Shown here one piece after another: positions 1 to 9,951 of a stretch of DNA of 64,000 nucleotides. The notes below the pieces were generated by a model, which searched no databases, was not told where the DNA came from, and saw nothing but the letters and a program-made list of their open reading frames with translations. Both the position numbers and the translations under genes were made by a program. The DNA is from a virus: IMG/VR virus record IMGVR_UViG_3300036765_000035; one strand, given 5' to 3'. Position 1 is the first letter of the stretch. Each line of letters opens with the position of its first letter.

Positions 1-53
1 TGAATAACGGTAGAACTATTCATAAAGAAATAATTAAAACCGTTTATGATAAA

Positions 54-806
54 TTATCTAATTAATTCTACCGCTTCTGTTTCCTCAATGTAGTCAACCA
101 AGCTATATATATTTGGGACAATATAGCAATTAGGTACATGTATCATTTGAGAATATGTTGTCAAATTTTTCTCAATTGTGTTAACATAATTAAATCCACT
201 ATACGTTTTATACATTTTAAATATTTTAAACCCTTCTTTTTGAGAACGATGTTTAATATCTAATGGTAAATCTTGTGTTAACCCAATTCTAAATACATTA
301 CTTGGTGTATTTGGATATTGTAATATAAATAAAATTGTGTCTGTTGATTGAAGTGTTGCTATTCTTTCAGCAACAGAATACCCTAAAAAATCTTTCCATG
401 ATAACCATTCATTACTTTTTCTATATATAATATCTGGTCGTGATGGTATATCATCAGGTTTATTACCTGATTTTGCGAATGTATACCATTGTTCTCTATT
501 TTTAAACAACAATGATTGTGCATATGCTTTTGCTTCTTTAAAACGTCTATAACGTTTTTTAGTTGGAAAAACATTTGAGTTACCCAACCAATCATTCCAA
601 GATATCCATTCTTTTTTATATGCCCTATCAGGGGATATTGGTATTCTAACAGGATTATTCAATCTATGCCATTTTATGTATTGTCTAATTGATTCAATCT
701 GCTCACTTCTAACTAATTCTCTTGCATGTTCAAATTCATAACATACTCTAGGTCTACCTCTAGGTCTTTTATTTTTTTTTATATCTGTTTTTTTCTTTTT
801 TGGCAT
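54..806 (-). CDS. DNA-binding protein with two tandem Trp-rich repeats (P..Y.(K)EW.SW.D(F/W)LG). Resembles DNA-binding modules of free-standing homing endonucleases and transcription factors; no nuclease motif seen.
   Basis: 250-aa ORF with basic N-terminus. Internal repeat IPISPDRAYKKEWISWNDWLG / IPSRPDIIYRKSNEWLSWKDFLGY is visible in the translation. Confidence 0.4.
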   Translation of the reverse strand: MPKKKKTDIKKNKRPRGRPRVCYEFEHARELVRSEQIESIRQYIKWHRLNNPVRIPISPDRAYKKEWISWNDWLGNSNVFPTKKRYRRFKEAKAYAQSLLFKNREQWYTFAKSGNKPDDIPSRPDIIYRKSNEWLSWKDFLGYSVAERIATLQSTDTILFILQYPNTPSNVFRIGLTQDLPLDIKHRSQKEGFKIFKMYKTYSGFNYVNTIEKNLTTYSQMIHVPNCYIVPNIYSLVDYIEETEAVELIR

Positions 807-820
807 GATTTTATTATAAT

Positions 821-1381
821 TTGTTTGTAAATATTATAAATATTTATATTATTTATTTCAATATTTTTTTTGTTATGGAAGAAAAAAAACTAAAAAAACT
901 AACACTTAAGGATAAATTAATTGATGTTGCTGAAATTATTGATGCATGGAGAATAGTTCCACGTGCATTTTTGGTTGTCTATGGTTTATTAGTTATTCAA
1001 CTATACACTTGGTTTATTAATATACCAACACATGTTCAAACAAAATGCGATGCAGCAGTAATGAAATTTTTGTCTGAAAATGGAGTAGGATTAAAAGAAG
1101 CACAAGAATTATCATGTTACGTTGTTGATACTGTTGGTGGGGCAACTGCTGCACAAACAGCTTTTGTCACAACAATTATTGGATTATCAAGTGCGATATT
1201 TGGTTTTTATGCTTCAACTGGTAGAAAATGGGAAAAGGGTGGCAGAGATAATGGTTATATTCAACCTATAATTAATTATCCACCATACCCAACTCCATCA
1301 CCACCAAATTATAGAAAACATCCGTATCACAATGATGCGAATGCTCCACCTCAAGATAATGAAGTTAAATTTGAACCATAA
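821..1381 (+). CDS. Small membrane protein, possibly holin-like, with two predicted TM helices and a Pro-rich C-terminal tail. The true start is probably the internal Met at MEEKKLKKL.
   Basis: Hydrophobic stretches AFLVVYGLLVIQLYTWFI and TAFVTTIIGLSSAIFGFYA. Proline-rich C-terminus YPPYPTPSPPNY. Confidence 0.35.
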   Translation: MFVNIINIYIIYFNIFFVMEEKKLKKLTLKDKLIDVAEIIDAWRIVPRAFLVVYGLLVIQLYTWFINIPTHVQTKCDAAVMKFLSENGVGLKEAQELSCYVVDTVGGATAAQTAFVTTIIGLSSAIFGFYASTGRKWEKGGRDNGYIQPIINYPPYPTPSPPNYRKHPYHNDANAPPQDNEVKFEP

Positions 1382-2335
1382 TTATCTTGGAAATGGTTTA
1401 TTTTTTAAAACTGGTGCTAAATCACTTAAATATGTTGTAATTCTTTCCATTTGATGTTTTACACAAAATCTCATAAAGGCATAATGGTTATATTTTTTAT
1501 CTCTGTTTTCTTCTAGTTGAATAACTTTTTTAATCATTTTTTTAATTGGTTTTGGTTGTTTTGTTAAATCCATTAACATTTCATTTTCTTCAAATAATTC
1601 TTCTGTAATGTATTCTATTTCAATTGGAGAATTATTAATCATTTCAATGCTTGTAAATTTATTTTTCATTAAAGTATTAAAAACATAATCATCTTTATAT
1701 GCTTCTTCTATTTTATTTTTTCTTAAACGTGGATAACTTGATTGTACATTATCTGATGCATCTCCTCTGAAACATTTTTCAAAAATATGAAATCTTGCAT
1801 CATCGTTCCATTCTGATAAATCTCTTTCTTTATCTTTAATTGGGTCAATTAATTTAACTCTTGGATTTGACATTAATTGAACAAAATCTTTATCTGCACT
1901 AATAATAATATTATCATCATTTTTATTCATTTGAACATACCCAGCAATTAAATCATCTGCTTCTAAATATTTACCACGCAATGTTATTATTCTGGTTTTA
2001 TTTTTTATTAACTCATAAAATTCATCAACATGCTCATCGAACTTTTTCATCATTTGCTCCTGACTTTCTGTCAGATTTTTTCTTCGATTTCCTTTATATT
2101 TTTTATTTGTTATACATGTTGATAGGTCCTTTGTATATTCTTTTCTCCATGAATATGAATCAAATGCTAACACAACATTATCGGGTTTATGTTTATCATA
2201 ATGATATTTTAATTGTAGTAATGCTGATTGATTGCATAACCCTGTTATTATTTCTTTTGCATCTGCATCTTTATTTGATGCAAAAAATACTCTATATAAT
2301 AAATTTGTTGTATCCATTATTAAATTTTTAGCCAT
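1382..2335 (-). CDS. rnh: RNase H / 5'-3' flap endonuclease (T4 rnh, FEN-1 family)
   Basis: Blocks LIMDTTNLLYRVFFAS, VVLAFDSYSWRKEY..GNRRK, YLEADDLIAGYV and IISADKDFVQL match T4 RNase H motifs (LIDFSQIAL, IVLCIDNAKSGYWRRD, YEADDHIAVLV, ISSDGDFTQL). Confidence 0.85.
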   Translation of the reverse strand: MAKNLIMDTTNLLYRVFFASNKDADAKEIITGLCNQSALLQLKYHYDKHKPDNVVLAFDSYSWRKEYTKDLSTCITNKKYKGNRRKNLTESQEQMMKKFDEHVDEFYELIKNKTRIITLRGKYLEADDLIAGYVQMNKNDDNIIISADKDFVQLMSNPRVKLIDPIKDKERDLSEWNDDARFHIFEKCFRGDASDNVQSSYPRLRKNKIEEAYKDDYVFNTLMKNKFTSIEMINNSPIEIEYITEELFEENEMLMDLTKQPKPIKKMIKKVIQLEENRDKKYNHYAFMRFCVKHQMERITTYLSDLAPVLKNKPFPR

Positions 2336-2841
2336 TATTCAAACTCACTTGTTTTTTCATTTATATAGTCTTTTGCAATATCAGTTAATTGTACGTGTCT
2401 ACTAACCATGTTTAAATATGAATGTACAATTGTATCTTCATCACCTGTCATACCTGCTTTTTTACACATTTCAATAAATTTAGAATTCCAATCCATTCGT
2501 ATTGCCAACCCATTTTCGGTTAACTTACTTCCAACGATTTCAATAAATGGTTGTCCGTTTCTTGTTGCAATTTCTTTACGTTGTTTAAATGCAACTTGGA
2601 CTCTTTTTTCTTCTTCTTCTTCTTTTTTTCTTTTTTCTTCTTCTTCTTTTTTTTCTTTCTCTATTCTTTCTTTTTCTTCTTCTTCTTTTTTTAATTTTTC
2701 TTCAAATAATATTTGAAGTGCTAGTTCTTTTGCTTTTATTAGAATTTCTTCTTCTCTTTTTTCTTTCTCTATTCTTTCTTTTTCTTCAAGTTCTTTAAGT
2801 TCTTTAAGTTTTGTTTTTTCTCTTTTAAATATTTCAAACAT
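2335..2841 (-). CDS. Protein with an N-terminal Glu/Lys-rich tandem repeat (coiled-coil or low complexity) and a globular C-terminal domain; function unknown.
   Basis: KEEEEKERIEKEKKEEEEKRKKEEEEEK repeats. The underlying DNA carries direct repeats (ttctttctctattctttctttttcttc occurs twice, about 2655 and 2765). Confidence 0.5.
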   Translation of the reverse strand: MFEIFKREKTKLKELKELEEKERIEKEKREEEILIKAKELALQILFEEKLKKEEEEKERIEKEKKEEEEKRKKEEEEEKRVQVAFKQRKEIATRNGQPFIEIVGSKLTENGLAIRMDWNSKFIEMCKKAGMTGDEDTIVHSYLNMVSRHVQLTDIAKDYINEKTSEFE

Positions 2842-2844
2842 TTT

Positions 2845-3576
2845 CTAACCCTCAAATTTTTCACGTAAAATATAAACTGGTATATTATCTATCATTACCT
2901 TCATAAACCCACGTTTTGTTATTGATACTTCAATTACACCATCATCTGATTTTCTTTTTGCATAACTTAAAGTTGATAAAATATTTTTAAATTTATAAGG
3001 AAAGTTAAAATCAAAATCATCTTCAGAAAATTCAACATTCTTAGTTATAATATGTTTAAAAGTATTAGAATTTATGTCATCCGTTTCAAAAGAGAGAACA
3101 CCATTGTGGTATTTTAAATATACGTTTTCACTCCCCATTACATTTTTAGATTTATTTAATAATTCTAAAGAATCTCCATCTAAATTAAATGTTAAACTTA
3201 TAGGGTCATTCAATCTTTTAGGTGCAACAATTGTCATAGGTGATGCACATCTATATTCAATTGATGTCCTTTTTTCTTTATATTTTACTAAAAGTCTATA
3301 TGGAAAACTGAACCCATCCCTATTATTTTTTAATTCATATTCTATTTTTGGATTATCTAATATATTAATAGAATTACTAAAAACATTTATATCTCCAATT
3401 GCAATAGCATCAAAATCCATATCTGGAATATTGTCTGTATCTAATACCATTATTCCATCTTGATTTTGTCCCCTAAACCCAACCTCATCAAAAATTACAC
3501 TCTCAATTCCGAGTATTTTAGATATTGCTGTTGCACTCTGCATATATTTAACAAAATCACTATTCATTTTATTCAT
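2845..3576 (-). CDS. 45: Sliding clamp-like protein (T4 gp45-like), lying immediately downstream of the DNA polymerase gene.
   Basis: 243 aa, acidic. Segments DFDAIAIGDINVFSNSINIL and PMTIVAPKRLNDPISL align with T4 gp45 DFDVAIYDLNGFLGILSLV and PSTVVAPNKPIPFPV. The size matches gp45 (228 aa). Confidence 0.5.
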   Translation of the reverse strand: MNKMNSDFVKYMQSATAISKILGIESVIFDEVGFRGQNQDGIMVLDTDNIPDMDFDAIAIGDINVFSNSINILDNPKIEYELKNNRDGFSFPYRLLVKYKEKRTSIEYRCASPMTIVAPKRLNDPISLTFNLDGDSLELLNKSKNVMGSENVYLKYHNGVLSFETDDINSNTFKHIITKNVEFSEDDFDFNFPYKFKNILSTLSYAKRKSDDGVIEVSITKRGFMKVMIDNIPVYILREKFEG

Positions 3577-3577
3577 A

Positions 3578-6208
3578 TTAATATTCCACTAATTCATCAA
3601 ATAATAAAGTTTTAAATGTTGGCATTATTTCACCAATTGCACCCAATATTGATTTAACTGTATTTTCAATCAATCTTTGTGTTTGTGCTTCTTTATCAAT
3701 TAAGATATAAAAATGTTCCATAAACCATGTTGGAAACTCATTCATGTCTGTTGGAACTGCTATACTTTTAAATATACCTATTGGTTTTTTTAAGTAATAA
3801 ACTTTTATTTTTGAACCCGACATTATACTATAACTTTCAAGGTCATTATACTTCTCTAAACAATAATTGTAAAGTATACTTGCACGAACATGTCCCGGAA
3901 TCTTATTCAATTCTTCTCCATTTTCATATTTTTCAGTATATTCTTCAACTTTATTAACACCTTTAGGTAAACCAATATCAATTAAAGTTGTTTTTTCTTT
4001 AATTGTATATCTATATTCAACTAATTCATAACTTATATCTTTCCAACTTCTTCCTGTTAACAAATCACGCATCAATCTAATTAAATTTTCTTTAATCATT
4101 TTTGGTACAGTTGTTCGTTTTAATGGAAGTCCCATTATTTTCATTTCATCAACATCATATCCATCCTTTTTAATCAAATGTAAAATATAATGTTTTTTCT
4201 TAACAAAAATTCCTTTGTCAGCTAATATTTCTTGTTCTGCAAATATTTTCTTAGAAAAATCACTATAACAAAAAAATGTTTCTTCCATAAATGAAGGAAA
4301 TGATTTATTTACTTTTTTCTCAACATATTTTCCAACAGAATATGCTTTTTCCATATCTTCACAATGTGTTTTAAAATAACAACTATCAGTGTCTGAATAT
4401 ATTGTGGAATCCGATGGATAAATATATTCACCGTCTAATATATTAGCAACCTTTCTAACCATGTGCATTAATATTTCTCTTCCACTTCTTGTAGTTGATT
4501 CTGCTAATCTAATATCAAAGAATTTAAACCATTTGTTACCAAGTGCACCATACATTGAATTAAGTTGGATTTTTTTGATATATTGTACACGATGATAATA
4601 ATTTGCTTCTATCTTTAATTTTTTTATTTTATCATTATTTATTTTCTCCATTTCAGGAGTTTTTGATAGTTCTTTTATTTTATCTTTAGTTACTGTTTTC
4701 TTTGCTTGATATTCTTTTCTACTTTTATACCATTCTGTTAAAATAGAAGGTATTATTCCTATAATGTCTGTTCGAAATACTGTACCATAACCACTTAATG
4801 TATATTTATTCTGTTTAAAAAAGTCACTCCATTCTTCAGCAGTTCTTTCATCAACATCACCATTTTCATAGAAAAAAGTTAATATTGTTTTAGTTTTATT
4901 TTTTATATTTTCATATGCTTTTTCTTTTTCAATAAACTGTCCAACAATAGTCTCAGGACTGATATTCAAAGAAATTATTACGTTAGGATACAATGAACCA
5001 ATGTCAATTGCACTTATACCAGAATGCATTCCTATTTGTGGTGGTAGAACTAATGCACCTGTAAATTTTTCATATATATCATTAAATACTGGTTTATCTT
5101 TAATGACATTAGTTGTGGTTTCATGTGAATAATTAATTACTGCTTGTTCAGCTAATTTAATTGTCCCCAATACATCATTTATTTGTCCACCTGTCATATG
5201 TGCCATATCAATGGCAACTTGCATGTATCCTAATACATCTTCAAACCCTTTAAGAACCTCTGTATCTCTCTTGTTATATCTTAAAAAGTGAAAAAAATCA
5301 TTATTGTATAATTCATGTAATGTTCCATTATATGTTAATTTTTGTAAATCAGGTAAAACATATTCAGAAATAGCTTCCAATGTATAACTTGGTTTTTCAT
5401 CCATTTCAAAATTTTTATAAAGTAACATATAGTCTATGTTAATTCGACCTTTTAATACTAAAAGTTTTTGTACATTTTTAAACTTTTCGTGTTTTACTTC
5501 CTTATAATAAGGATTTCCTGCACCTTCAAACGATAATTTATTTGCATATTTTTTTCCCAAAACTTTTAATAATCTTTCATACATATATGGAGTATCATAA
5601 AAATCAGAGTTCCAACCAGAAATTATGTCAGAATTTTCGATTTCTTTCAAAAATCTTAATAATAAATCCGATTCTTTTTTGAATAAATAAATTTCAACAG
5701 ATTCTTTAATATCTTCAGGAATGTCATCAATCGTAATGTTTTTAAATTTCTTTGATGGTATTGCTAATATAACCATTCTTTGGCTATATTCATGATACAT
5801 TGCAATAGCATTAACAGGTGCATATGCATTCTTTGGTTTTGCATATCCAATTTTAGGGTCATAATCTGTTTCTATATCATATAATGTGAAATTTAATTTA
5901 TTTGTGCTTTTTTTATTAAAATATTTGTTTGATAATGTTTTATATTCTAATGGTATATCAGATTCATAAATATCTTTTCCTTTTTCAATTAACATGTTTC
6001 TAGCATCTCTCATCTGAGAGTAACTATTAAATTCTAATTTTGAAACATTATTACCATATAAATCTTTTTTATCACCATATTCATCATTTTGATAATAAAA
6101 GTAATATTCAGGGGAATGTCTTTTAAGTATTCTTTCTCCTTTTTTATTTCTTTCCCAGACAAGAACATTTTTCTTGTCTGGGGACATTACTGATGAGATG
6201 TAAGACAT
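3578..6208 (-). CDS. 43: Family B DNA polymerase (T4 gp43-like) with a 3'-5' exonuclease domain
   Basis: Exo I motif LYDIETDYDP, polymerase motif C IYSDTDSCYF (YxDTDS), K..NSMYGALG motif B-like block. Length 876 aa. Confidence 0.9.
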   Translation of the reverse strand: MSYISSVMSPDKKNVLVWERNKKGERILKRHSPEYYFYYQNDEYGDKKDLYGNNVSKLEFNSYSQMRDARNMLIEKGKDIYESDIPLEYKTLSNKYFNKKSTNKLNFTLYDIETDYDPKIGYAKPKNAYAPVNAIAMYHEYSQRMVILAIPSKKFKNITIDDIPEDIKESVEIYLFKKESDLLLRFLKEIENSDIISGWNSDFYDTPYMYERLLKVLGKKYANKLSFEGAGNPYYKEVKHEKFKNVQKLLVLKGRINIDYMLLYKNFEMDEKPSYTLEAISEYVLPDLQKLTYNGTLHELYNNDFFHFLRYNKRDTEVLKGFEDVLGYMQVAIDMAHMTGGQINDVLGTIKLAEQAVINYSHETTTNVIKDKPVFNDIYEKFTGALVLPPQIGMHSGISAIDIGSLYPNVIISLNISPETIVGQFIEKEKAYENIKNKTKTILTFFYENGDVDERTAEEWSDFFKQNKYTLSGYGTVFRTDIIGIIPSILTEWYKSRKEYQAKKTVTKDKIKELSKTPEMEKINNDKIKKLKIEANYYHRVQYIKKIQLNSMYGALGNKWFKFFDIRLAESTTRSGREILMHMVRKVANILDGEYIYPSDSTIYSDTDSCYFKTHCEDMEKAYSVGKYVEKKVNKSFPSFMEETFFCYSDFSKKIFAEQEILADKGIFVKKKHYILHLIKKDGYDVDEMKIMGLPLKRTTVPKMIKENLIRLMRDLLTGRSWKDISYELVEYRYTIKEKTTLIDIGLPKGVNKVEEYTEKYENGEELNKIPGHVRASILYNYCLEKYNDLESYSIMSGSKIKVYYLKKPIGIFKSIAVPTDMNEFPTWFMEHFYILIDKEAQTQRLIENTVKSILGAIGEIMPTFKTLLFDELVEY

Positions 6209-6501
6209 TAATCTTCATCTTCCTCTTCATTATTTGCCATTACAGTTTCGTATATTACTTGAAATGTTGTTTGTTCTGTAACAAATTCCGAATACTTATT
6301 TTTAAAATACAATGTTAACATAGCATTTAAATCTTTTTTTGTTATTTGATGTTCTTCACTTAATTCAGCAATTGATTCTTTGATTGCTTCTTTTCTATCT
6401 GAAATGATTTGTAAATCCTGTGAACATGCTTCAAGAACTTTACGGATTTTTTCAATATCTCTAGGATTTGTTGGTGGTATAGATTCTTTAACAACTGCCA
6501 T
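6208..6501 (-). CDS. Hypothetical protein with an acidic C-terminus
   Basis: 97-aa ORF in the operon directly upstream of the polymerase gene. Its composition is coding-like, unlike the overlapping 6360..6575 ORF. Confidence 0.4.
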   Translation of the reverse strand: MAVVKESIPPTNPRDIEKIRKVLEACSQDLQIISDRKEAIKESIAELSEEHQITKKDLNAMLTLYFKNKYSEFVTEQTTFQVIYETVMANNEEEDED

Positions 6502-6565
6502 AGTTTTTTCTCCAATTTATAAAAAGTTTGTACATTATAAAAATTGAAAAACAAAATGTCAACAC

Positions 6566-7186
6566 TTAAAACCATGTTTTATAATTTCCTTGAAAATTAT
6601 TCATATCATATTTATACCCACCTTCTGCTTCAATATGAAAACGAATAAGGTTCAAATCACCTATTTCAACATTAGATACATTATACACAAAGTTTGGACC
6701 ACTTGGGTGAATTATCAATGTTCCTCTTATTGGATTAAACCCAAAATTATGGGTTGGAAACTCATATTTACCACCTTTAACTTCAAAATATGGGTCAAGT
6801 GGTGCTTTATCATTGTATTCATTTAAAAATATTATACCAGTAAAATCATTCTCGTTTATTTTTTTCCATCCATTATTTTTTGAATATACACTATTATCAC
6901 ATTTTCTAACATTTGATTTATATTTTTCTGGATACCATTCATGTGAAAATCTGGTTATTGCTTTATATTCAAACCCATAGTATTTTTCAATTTTTTCAAT
7001 TATTTCTTTTAACGGTTGTAATAATCTATTGTCAGTTAATTTATTATTTTTATTTACTTGTAATACCATATCATTTGAATCAAATGTTGGCATTACATTA
7101 TTTGAACGTTCTATTATATCTTCACACTGTAAAGGTGAAATAAAATCATCTACGATATAAAACGGGGATTTAGTTTGCATATACAT
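6566..7186 (-). CDS. Hypothetical protein
   Basis: 206-aa ORF followed by a hairpin terminator in the operon context. No confident family assignment. Confidence 0.4.
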   Translation of the reverse strand: MYMQTKSPFYIVDDFISPLQCEDIIERSNNVMPTFDSNDMVLQVNKNNKLTDNRLLQPLKEIIEKIEKYYGFEYKAITRFSHEWYPEKYKSNVRKCDNSVYSKNNGWKKINENDFTGIIFLNEYNDKAPLDPYFEVKGGKYEFPTHNFGFNPIRGTLIIHPSGPNFVYNVSNVEIGDLNLIRFHIEAEGGYKYDMNNFQGNYKTWF

Positions 7187-7225
7187 CTCCTATAAATGAA
7201 ATATTTATAGGAGATTTTTTTTAAT
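7187..7225 (-). terminator. Hairpin (CTCCTATAAAT / ATTTATAGGAG) followed by a T-run. Intrinsic terminator-like.
   Basis: 11-bp perfect inverted repeat plus a poly-T run seen in the sequence. Confidence 0.5.
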
Positions 7226-7682
7226 GATGATTTTTTTCAAACCATTTTTTTGATAAAACTATTTTTTCAATATTTGATTCTTCTAACCTAAATGGAACAT
7301 CACAGTATCTGTGTTCATCAATTTTTATAGTTAGGTTTGTTCTTGCAATGCCATTTGATTCACATACATTCATACTTGCAACGCTTTCAGATAATTGAAT
7401 TTCTCCAACACCACAAACATTTTCAAAAATATTTAATTTTTTGACGTACATGATATTTTCATCAGATTCTGATATAATCGCTTTAATAATAGGTTCATTA
7501 CCAAATGATGACATCTTAACATTAACGACATTATATGTATTATCTAATTTTTCTTCAATACTATTGTTTGATTCATTTAATTTAATATCATCTTCATTTT
7601 TTAATTTAATATTATATTCTTTTATTGATAAACCTTTATTATCCAAATATTGTTTAAATTCTTCTAATGTTTCAAATTTCAT
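7221..7682 (-). CDS. Hypothetical protein
   Basis: 153-aa ORF in the minus-strand operon. Confidence 0.4.
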   Translation of the reverse strand: MKFETLEEFKQYLDNKGLSIKEYNIKLKNEDDIKLNESNNSIEEKLDNTYNVVNVKMSSFGNEPIIKAIISESDENIMYVKKLNIFENVCGVGEIQLSESVASMNVCESNGIARTNLTIKIDEHRYCDVPFRLEESNIEKIVLSKKWFEKNHH

Positions 7683-8047
7683 ACATCACCTCTTAAAACT
7701 TTATTTCTTCTTGTTAATAATTGTGATAATGTTTTTCTTTTAGTTCTATTTGATTTTCTAACCCTTTCACCTTTTTTCATTCTTGCAGCTTTTTTCCCTA
7801 ATCGAACTCTTAATGGGTCTTTTCTTTTTCCACAATCAGTTGCCTTTTTAACCATTTTCCCTTGTTTTGGTCCACTCATACACCTAAATTGTCTGACAAA
7901 CTTCGTTCCATAACGTTTAAATTGTCTTTCTGCTGTTGCTTCTTCAATTATATTTTTGTCTAAATCATAAATATTACCATGTTCATCTACCAAACATTCT
8001 TCACATTCTTCATAGTATTCTTCAATCATTATATCTTCTAATTTCAT
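7679..8047 (-). CDS. Small protein with a Cys-containing acidic N-terminus and a strongly basic C-terminus. Possibly nucleic-acid binding or an internal protein.
   Basis: CEECLVDEHG in the N-terminus. The C-terminus is K/R-rich: RVRLGKKAARMKKGERVRKSNRTKRK. Confidence 0.4.
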   Translation of the reverse strand: MKLEDIMIEEYYEECEECLVDEHGNIYDLDKNIIEEATAERQFKRYGTKFVRQFRCMSGPKQGKMVKKATDCGKRKDPLRVRLGKKAARMKKGERVRKSNRTKRKTLSQLLTRRNKVLRGDV

Positions 8048-9336
8048 CTCATTGCTCCATTTTGAATATTTTGATTTTGTTGTGAAGCATTCATTTCTTG
8101 ATTTTTTTTCAATTCATCATCTTTTATTTGTTGTTTTTTATTAAAATTATCTCTTGAACGAACTTGTTGAATTTTTGCCATTAGTTCTTTTAATGCTAAC
8201 CTCATTTGCTCCTGTTTATACATTTTTTGTTCAACTGTATCTGTTGATGATGGTGCATACTTTGTTCTAATATTAATTTTTTCTCTTTGAAGAGACTGTA
8301 TTGAATCGAATTGGTCACTTTCTAATATATTATACATCATAGGACTAAATTTAAAGTTTTCACTTGCCATCATTTTATTTTTTTGATAATTATGTCTAGC
8401 AATATCAGCCATTTTTTTTGCTTCTTTTTCTTTTTCTTTTTGAGCATCCATTTCAGCTTCAATTTCCATCATTTGTTGTTGCTTATCCATTTCCATACTA
8501 GCGATTTTAGATGAATATTCCGCTTGTTGTGCTTTAGCTTTTTCAGCTTCAGCATCAGCTTTAGCTTTTTCAGCATCTGCCTGTGCTTTAAGTGTTGCCA
8601 TTACTGATGCTAATATTGATTCAGCACTATTTCCTTGTGGTTCTTCAAAATCTTCAACCGAATCGTCTTCCATATCATCCATATCTTGCATATCCGAACC
8701 ATCTGGTGCACCATTCATATCATCCATATCTTGCATTTCCATATCATCAGATTTTTCTAAATTTTCGTCTTGATTAAAATCATCTTGAACTTCTTCAACA
8801 GAAGTGGTTGTATTTTTTTCATTATAAATAACATCGGATGGTATCTTTGGAAAGTCAACATCAAGTATGTCAAACTCTTTTTTAAGTTCATATAACAATT
8901 CAGCCATGCTCATATTTTTCCCAACATGACCAGACTTTTTAAAATCTTCGATTTCTGCTAATTCTTTACTGACTCTTATTTCAAATTCATTTCCTTGTTC
9001 TGAAGGTAATGTAATTCGCATAATATTTCCATCATCATCTTCAATTCCAAACACTACAGTATCTTTTCTTTCAACTGATTTATATTCACTGTTTTTTAGT
9101 GTTGCAAATACATCAGAAATATCAGTAGATTCATACAACTTGTTTATTTTTTTTGGTATCATGTCTGTAACAGGTTTATAATCTAATTTAGTTGTGTTTC
9201 TATTAAAAAAATCTTTTAAAAAATCAATAAGTTTTTGAGGTGAATTTTTTTCACCAAAACCACGTGATGTTTTAACAGCTATTGAACCACCACCCATTGC
9301 ACCTGCTGATGCAGTTTCATTTATCTTTTTAACCAT
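8044..9336 (-). CDS. Acidic coiled-coil protein with an Asp/Met/Gln-rich repeat. Scaffold- or internal-protein-like, assignment uncertain.
   Basis: DMEMQDMDDMNGAPDGSDMQDMDDMEDD repeat; AEKAKADAEAEKAKAQQAE coiled-coil segment. Confidence 0.4.
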   Translation of the reverse strand: MVKKINETASAGAMGGGSIAVKTSRGFGEKNSPQKLIDFLKDFFNRNTTKLDYKPVTDMIPKKINKLYESTDISDVFATLKNSEYKSVERKDTVVFGIEDDDGNIMRITLPSEQGNEFEIRVSKELAEIEDFKKSGHVGKNMSMAELLYELKKEFDILDVDFPKIPSDVIYNEKNTTTSVEEVQDDFNQDENLEKSDDMEMQDMDDMNGAPDGSDMQDMDDMEDDSVEDFEEPQGNSAESILASVMATLKAQADAEKAKADAEAEKAKAQQAEYSSKIASMEMDKQQQMMEIEAEMDAQKEKEKEAKKMADIARHNYQKNKMMASENFKFSPMMYNILESDQFDSIQSLQREKINIRTKYAPSSTDTVEQKMYKQEQMRLALKELMAKIQQVRSRDNFNKKQQIKDDELKKNQEMNASQQNQNIQNGAMR

Positions 9337-9363
9337 GTTATTTTCCTTGTCAGTTTATATTAT

Positions 9364-9951
9364 TTATTTATTTTTCAACATAAATATATCTTTTTCTGTC
9401 ATTAGATTAAATCTAATTCCTCTTTCCATGCACCATATCTTAGCATATTTCCATTTTTCTTGATTCACAGCATATATTTTTGATTCATATAGCCTATTTT
9501 TCTGTGTTCTAGCTCTTGTTGGAATAGTTTGCTTATATGGTTTAATTTCAATTATCTCTTTGATAACAGCACCATTAGAATTATAATATTCAACATATAT
9601 ATCTGGATAATAAAACGCATGTTTTGCACCTCTTCCATCAAATGTTGGTTTTATATATGGTATTTTTATTTCTTCAGATGACCAACAAATAATATTTGGA
9701 TTATTATCACAAAAATCAAAAACTTCTAATTCCCATGAAGACCTAAATATAATGTTATTCACATCACCCATATATTTATCTGGGTACTTTGGTATATATA
9801 AACCTTGTTTATAATTTGATGTTTGTTTATTATTTGGTGACTGTGTTAATTTTTTTATTTTCCCTGCTTTTTTCTTTCTTCCATTAATTGAAGTTCTTCG
9901 TGTTGAAGATGTTCGTTGAATTTTTTTTCTTGTATTTTTTATCTTACTCAT
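9364..9951 (-). CDS. PD-(D/E)xK-like nuclease-fold protein with a basic N-terminal tail
   Basis: Candidate catalytic motif in SSWE ... YYPDIYVEY ... IIEIKPYK. N-terminus is K/R/S-rich. Confidence 0.35.
   Translation of the reverse strand: MSKIKNTRKKIQRTSSTRRTSINGRKKKAGKIKKLTQSPNNKQTSNYKQGLYIPKYPDKYMGDVNNIIFRSSWELEVFDFCDNNPNIICWSSEEIKIPYIKPTFDGRGAKHAFYYPDIYVEYYNSNGAVIKEIIEIKPYKQTIPTRARTQKNRLYESKIYAVNQEKWKYAKIWCMERGIRFNLMTEKDIFMLKNK

Noticed and set aside
2408-2798. Plus-strand ORFs 2408..2716 and 2589..2798 (poly-Leu/Phe/Ser)
   Set aside because: Antisense to the Glu/Lys-repeat gene. They are reverse-complement artefacts of the GAA/AAA repeat.
3578-6208. Possible intron or intein in the DNA polymerase gene (common in T4-like pol genes)
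   Set aside because: The ORF is continuous and the length (876 aa) is normal for family B phage polymerases. No inserted block with endonuclease or intein motifs is visible.
6360-6575. 71-aa ORF overlapping 6208..6501 in another frame
   Set aside because: Its junk-like Leu/Lys/Phe-rich translation bridges two better ORFs. The 97-aa ORF was kept instead.
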